This document shows, in pieces, positions 60,187 to 64,000 of a DNA stretch of 64,000 bases. Position 1 is the first letter of the stretch. Each line of letters opens with the position of its first letter. Below the pieces are notes generated by a model, which saw only the letters and a list, made by a program, of their open reading frames with translations, had not been told where the DNA came from and searched no databases. This DNA comes from Candidatus Rariloculaceae bacterium. GTDB taxonomy: Bacteria > Pseudomonadota > Gammaproteobacteria > Steroidobacterales > Rariloculaceae. The stretch is taken from assembly GCA_965221035.1 (NCBI GenBank), contig OZ244860.1:1184687-1248686 (forward strand), written 5' to 3'. Both the position numbers and the translations under genes were made by a program.

Positions 60187-61698
60187 TCACTCGCGCAGGA
60201 TGTTCGGCGTCACGAACACCATCAGTTCGACTTCCTTCTCGATCGTGACCCGGGAGCGGAACAGGCGGCCCAGCGCCGGCACGTCGCCCAACACCGGCAC
60301 CTGGCTGGTGGCTTCCCGCGACTCGGTCTCGATGATGCCACCGAGAACCACGGTTTCCCCGTCGCCCACCAGAACCTGGGTCGTCAGCGACCGCGTGTCC
60401 ACGCTCGGCACAAGGCCGCCCGTGGCGCTGGACACCAGTTCGCCGACCGAATCCTTGGTGACCACCAGATCCATGACGATGCGGTCGTCCGGAGTGATCT
60501 GCGGCGTCACCGACAGGCTCAACACGGCCTCCTTGAACTGGGTAGTGGTGGCGCCGCTGGATGAGGACTCCTGATAGGGAATCTCCGTACCCTGCTCGAT
60601 GCGCGCCTGCTTCTGGTTGGCGGTGATGATGCGGGGCATGGAGACAATCCGCCCGTTGCCTTCGGCCTGGATCGCGGAGAGCTCGAGATCCAGCAGGTAG
60701 TCGGGCCGCAAGATCGCCAGTGACAGACGCCCGGCGGGATTGGCGACCGGAAGGTTGACGCTGTAGCGCTGATCGACGGGCGGCATGAAACCCGATAGAG
60801 GGCCTGGCCCGCTTGCGATGCCTTCGACCGCCGAGGCCGCCAGCGAGTCGACTCCCGCTCCGGTGCCGGATATCGCGATCAATGTATCGTCGGTCGGCGA
60901 GCCGATGGCCGTGGCCCCCAGGCGCACTCCCAGATCCCGCCGGTAGTCGCCGTTGACGATGACGACCCGGGATTCGATCAGCACCTGGCGGACGGGCTTG
61001 TCGAGGGTTGCGACCAATGCCGCGATGTCCTCGATGCGGCTGGCGATATCCTGCACCAGCAGGGTATTGGTCCGTTCATCGACGGTCACGCTGCCGCGGG
61101 CGGAAACCAGCGGATTCTGGCCGCCGCCCAGGGCGAGGGTCGCCAAATCGGCGGCCTTGGCGTAGTTGATCTGAAGGTATCTGGTTTGCAGCGGCTCCTG
61201 CTGCCGGCGTTGGAGTTGTTCGGCCTGGGCGGCCTGTTCCCGTGCGGCCAGCTCCTCCGGGGGAGCGACAATGATCACGTTGCCGTGCCGGCGCGTGTCG
61301 AGGCCCTTTGTCGTCAGTATGGTGTCGAGCACCTGATCCCAAGGTACATCCCTCAGTTGCAGGGTCACGCCGCCCTGGACCGAGTCGCTCACGACCATGT
61401 TCAAACCACCCGTTTCGGCCAGCAACTGCAGCACGGCGCGTGTGGGTATGTCCTGGAAATTCAGCGACAACCGTTCGCCTGAGTAGCCATCCCCGTTCTC
61501 GGACGAACCGGATGGACCGGATGGACCGGGCGGATCGGATGGACCGGGCGGATCGGATGGACCGGGCGGATCGGATGGACCGGGCGGATCGGCAGTAGAC
61601 TGAGCCTGAACTTCCAACGTAGAAGAGAAAACGGTCCAGGCTGCCACCGCACATACCCATCCGGCCACCCGGTAACCGCATTTCAACGCCTGTCTCAT
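60187..61698 (-). CDS. pilQ: Type IV pilus secretin PilQ
   Basis: 503 aa with the secretin C-terminal domain (VLVGDGETVVLGGI...VPVLGDVPALGRLF) and an N-terminal PPGPSD low-complexity linker. Confidence 0.92.
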   Translation of the reverse strand: MRQALKCGYRVAGWVCAVAAWTVFSSTLEVQAQSTADPPGPSDPPGPSDPPGPSDPPGPSGPSGSSENGDGYSGERLSLNFQDIPTRAVLQLLAETGGLNMVVSDSVQGGVTLQLRDVPWDQVLDTILTTKGLDTRRHGNVIIVAPPEELAAREQAAQAEQLQRRQQEPLQTRYLQINYAKAADLATLALGGGQNPLVSARGSVTVDERTNTLLVQDIASRIEDIAALVATLDKPVRQVLIESRVVIVNGDYRRDLGVRLGATAIGSPTDDTLIAISGTGAGVDSLAASAVEGIASGPGPLSGFMPPVDQRYSVNLPVANPAGRLSLAILRPDYLLDLELSAIQAEGNGRIVSMPRIITANQKQARIEQGTEIPYQESSSSGATTTQFKEAVLSLSVTPQITPDDRIVMDLVVTKDSVGELVSSATGGLVPSVDTRSLTTQVLVGDGETVVLGGIIETESREATSQVPVLGDVPALGRLFRSRVTIEKEVELMVFVTPNILRE

Positions 61699-61730
61699 GT
61701 CACTCGATCCCCCTCGCCCGGATCCGGCGG

Positions 61731-62249
61731 TCAGTCGTCCATCAGCAGTGCGGCCGGGCGTTGCCGATGGCCGCCGTGCTCGTCCGCGACCAGTTCCACC
61801 AGCCGAACCTCATCCGTGGCGACGTGTGTCACCCGACCGTGGTCTCGTCCCAGAAATCCGCCTTCCGCCAGAAGGTGTACCAGTCCGTCGGGCGTCTGCA
61901 CCAGCGCGAATCGCCCCGCTTCCGAACTCAGCGAACCGACCATGCGCAACGTGTCCAGCGAATAGTTCTCGAGCACCTCCCGTTCGCGGGCAGGATCCGG
62001 ACCGCGACCCTCATCGGCCACACGGGGCGCTTCCGATCCGCGCGCAAGCGGCGTGAAGGGTGATCGCCTTCCCGCCTCCAGGTAATCGAATTCCTCGGGT
62101 TCCTGAGTTTGCGGCAGGGACTCCAAGGGTGTTGCCGGCCTGGATCTGACGTCGTCCAGATAGGCGGTCAGATCGTCGGGCTTGCCGGCACAGGAGGCAA
62201 CAACCGACGCGACCATAACCACGGCCAATGGGTCCATTCGACCGTTCAT
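61731..62249 (-). CDS. pilP: Type IV pilus assembly lipoprotein PilP
   Basis: 172 aa with a lipobox-like ASCAG motif. The position between pilO and pilQ, and the YSLDTLRMVG...ALVQTPDG pattern, support PilP. Confidence 0.85.
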   Translation of the reverse strand: MNGRMDPLAVVMVASVVASCAGKPDDLTAYLDDVRSRPATPLESLPQTQEPEEFDYLEAGRRSPFTPLARGSEAPRVADEGRGPDPAREREVLENYSLDTLRMVGSLSSEAGRFALVQTPDGLVHLLAEGGFLGRDHGRVTHVATDEVRLVELVADEHGGHRQRPAALLMDD

Positions 62250-62851
62250 GGCGATCCCTCCCCTTCCTCCAGCTGTCGGTAGGTCATTGCGGTGACATCC
62301 ATCAGGAGATCGCCCGGACCGCCGCCGTCGAGCCGTCGGATCCGCAAGTCATGCAACGTCACCAGGCGCGGCATCGCGGATACTTCGCCGACGAAGCGCC
62401 CGAGCTGGTGATAATCACCGGACAGGCTGAGGTTGATGGGCAACTCGACGTGGAATTCCCGTCGCTGCTCCTCCATCGGCTGGAACAGCCGTTCCTCCAG
62501 ACCGGCGTTGATCCCCGCCTGAGATATGTCCGCAAGCATCCCGGGAATTTCGGTGGTGGCGGACAGGCGGCCCGGCTGCCTGCCGTACGAATCCCCGATC
62601 TCGTCAAGCTGCTCCCGATAAGCCGTCAGGCTCGCGGCCCGACGCTGTGCCTGTTCGAAGCGGCTTCGCAGTTCAGCTTCCTCGCGTCGCGCGGACTCGA
62701 GCAGGGCGTAATCCGCATCGACACCCAGGATTCGGACTCCCAGCACGAGCACCGCGGCAAGGGCCAGCGTGATCGCGACCGCGCGCACGCTCGGCGGCCA
62801 CCGCCCGGGACCGCTCAAGTCCACCGACCGCAGTTTGTCGTCAAGTCTCAT
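62246..62851 (-). CDS. pilO: Type IV pilus assembly protein PilO
   Basis: 201 aa with a single TM segment plus coiled coil. Assigned from its position in the pilMNOPQ order. Confidence 0.85.
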   Translation of the reverse strand: MRLDDKLRSVDLSGPGRWPPSVRAVAITLALAAVLVLGVRILGVDADYALLESARREEAELRSRFEQAQRRAASLTAYREQLDEIGDSYGRQPGRLSATTEIPGMLADISQAGINAGLEERLFQPMEEQRREFHVELPINLSLSGDYHQLGRFVGEVSAMPRLVTLHDLRIRRLDGGGPGDLLMDVTAMTYRQLEEGEGSP

Positions 62852-62852
62852 T

Positions 62853-63407
62853 TCAGGGATCCCGCAGGGACGCGGCCTGCTCCATGGAGATGGTGAATCG
62901 GGCCCGCTTCACGGCACCTTCGGGATCGACCTCCACCACCTCGAGCCGGGGTGTGAGAAACCATTGCGACGCGTCGATGTTCCGCATCAGCGCCGCGACC
63001 CGGCCGCTGGACTCCGCCAGACCGTCAAGTACGATTCGGTCGCCGTTGCGGGCGACTTCCACCAGCTGTACGCCGGCCGGGACAACCTCCACCAATTCGT
63101 CGAACATTCGGACCGCAAGCGGTCTGGCATGCCGCAATTCGACGAGAATCTTCAACCGGGCCAGCAGATGATTCCTGCGGATCTCGAGTTGCGCGAGTTC
63201 CGCAAGCTGCACGTCCAGCAATTCGATCTCGTTGAGGATGGTGCGATTGCGGTCTCGCTGTTCCGCCAGCAGGCCCTGCACGGCAAGCCTGGCGGCCAGG
63301 GCCGCCGCCCCACCCGCGAGGATGGTGAAACAAAGCACGGCCAGAAATTGCCGCTGCCGTCTTCGACGACGCTCCTCCCGCCAGGGCAACAGGTTGACTC
63401 TGGGCAT
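62853..63407 (-). CDS. pilN: Type IV pilus assembly protein PilN
   Basis: 184 aa starting MPRVNLLPWREERR, the PilN signature. Confidence 0.88.
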   Translation of the reverse strand: MPRVNLLPWREERRRRRQRQFLAVLCFTILAGGAAALAARLAVQGLLAEQRDRNRTILNEIELLDVQLAELAQLEIRRNHLLARLKILVELRHARPLAVRMFDELVEVVPAGVQLVEVARNGDRIVLDGLAESSGRVAALMRNIDASQWFLTPRLEVVEVDPEGAVKRARFTISMEQAASLRDP

Positions 63408-63408
63408 G

Positions 63409-64000
63409 TCAGTCGAAACTCCGCAATGCCAGACCGCAAGCCGTCATCAATCCCGAATCGGCGTGGCGCACGCCCCGGGTCTCGGCGCGGCGCGAGACGC
63501 TGACATGCCCAAGCGGGTCGACAATCTGCGCGGGGATGTCCAGCCGCGCCGAGACGGCCTCGACCGCACCCGGAAGCTTTGCGCAGCCTCCGCCCAACAG
63601 GACCTGCACGGGCTGTCTGGCGCCGTTCCGGGATGCCAGGAAGAACTGCAGTGCGCGACTGGCCTGCTGCGCGATGTCTTCAATGAAGCCGGCCAGCAAT
63701 TCGGTGTCGTAATCTTCCGGCAATCCGCCAGCCTGTTTCGCATGTTCGGCCTCCGCCGGGCTGAGCCCGTAGCGCTCCTTGATGTCATCGGAGAGCTGTT
63801 GCCCGCCGAACGCGAAGTTGCGCGTATAGACGAGCTTGCGGTCGGACAGCGCGCTGAACGTCGTGTTGACGGCCCCACATTCCACCAGGGCGATCAGCTG
63901 TCCCAGCCCTCCGCCGATCATCTGATGGGCCAACAACCGGCAGGCTCGCTCCAGCGCATGGGTCTCGGGTTCCACCACCCGCGCCTCCAGCCCCCCGGCC
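63409..64000 (-). CDS. pilM: Type IV pilus assembly ATPase-like protein PilM (C-terminal part; 5' end outside the window)
   Basis: Actin-like fold C-terminal blocks (LLGGGCAKLPG...ACGLALRSFD). The frame stays open to position 64000. Confidence 0.88.
   Translation of the reverse strand, partial: AGGLEARVVEPETHALERACRLLAHQMIGGGLGQLIALVECGAVNTTFSALSDRKLVYTRNFAFGGQQLSDDIKERYGLSPAEAEHAKQAGGLPEDYDTELLAGFIEDIAQQASRALQFFLASRNGARQPVQVLLGGGCAKLPGAVEAVSARLDIPAQIVDPLGHVSVSRRAETRGVRHADSGLMTACGLALRSFD

Overview
High-GC window (sampled stretches about 65% G+C by eye) with gammaproteobacterial-type gene order, mostly conserved housekeeping blocks. In order: epmB; parC-parE (- strand); the oxyR/katG divergent pair; a TonB-dependent receptor; xseB; the - strand block pgpA-thiL-nusB-ribH-ribBA-ribE-ribD-nrdR-glyA; an HDAC-like gene; purL; an MBL hydrolase; DUF1820; a FAD oxidase; tRNA-Ser(CGA); a small accessory patch (Fic, a 94-aa ORF, STAS, DUF2007); an unfused, overlap-coupled trpEGDCFBA operon with a leader-peptide attenuator I could read directly; an SLC13 permease; an ABC exporter; a lower-GC islet (COG2865 AlbA_2 regulator, 1597-aa single-chain Type ISP restriction-modification enzyme, AAA/DUF4143 ATPase); ppc; ybbA/tesA; fadD; DUF445; pyrF; dgt-like; aroB-aroK; DUF2237; and pilQPONM (pilM runs off the window). 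Most unusual, in my reading: (1) two copies of a ~145-150 nt composite palindromic element with a conserved ~82-nt two-hairpin core and 31-34 bp perfectly complementary outer arms that differ completely between copies; (2) several tandem arrays with an 11-bp or 22-bp period in intergenic DNA, one abutting the trp promoter and one at the edge of the Type ISP islet; (3) the three-gene nuclease/ATPase islet. Many long ORFs in the six-frame track are antisense shadows typical of high-GC DNA and are rejected. All homology calls come from reading the translated sequences and motifs; no database search was run.
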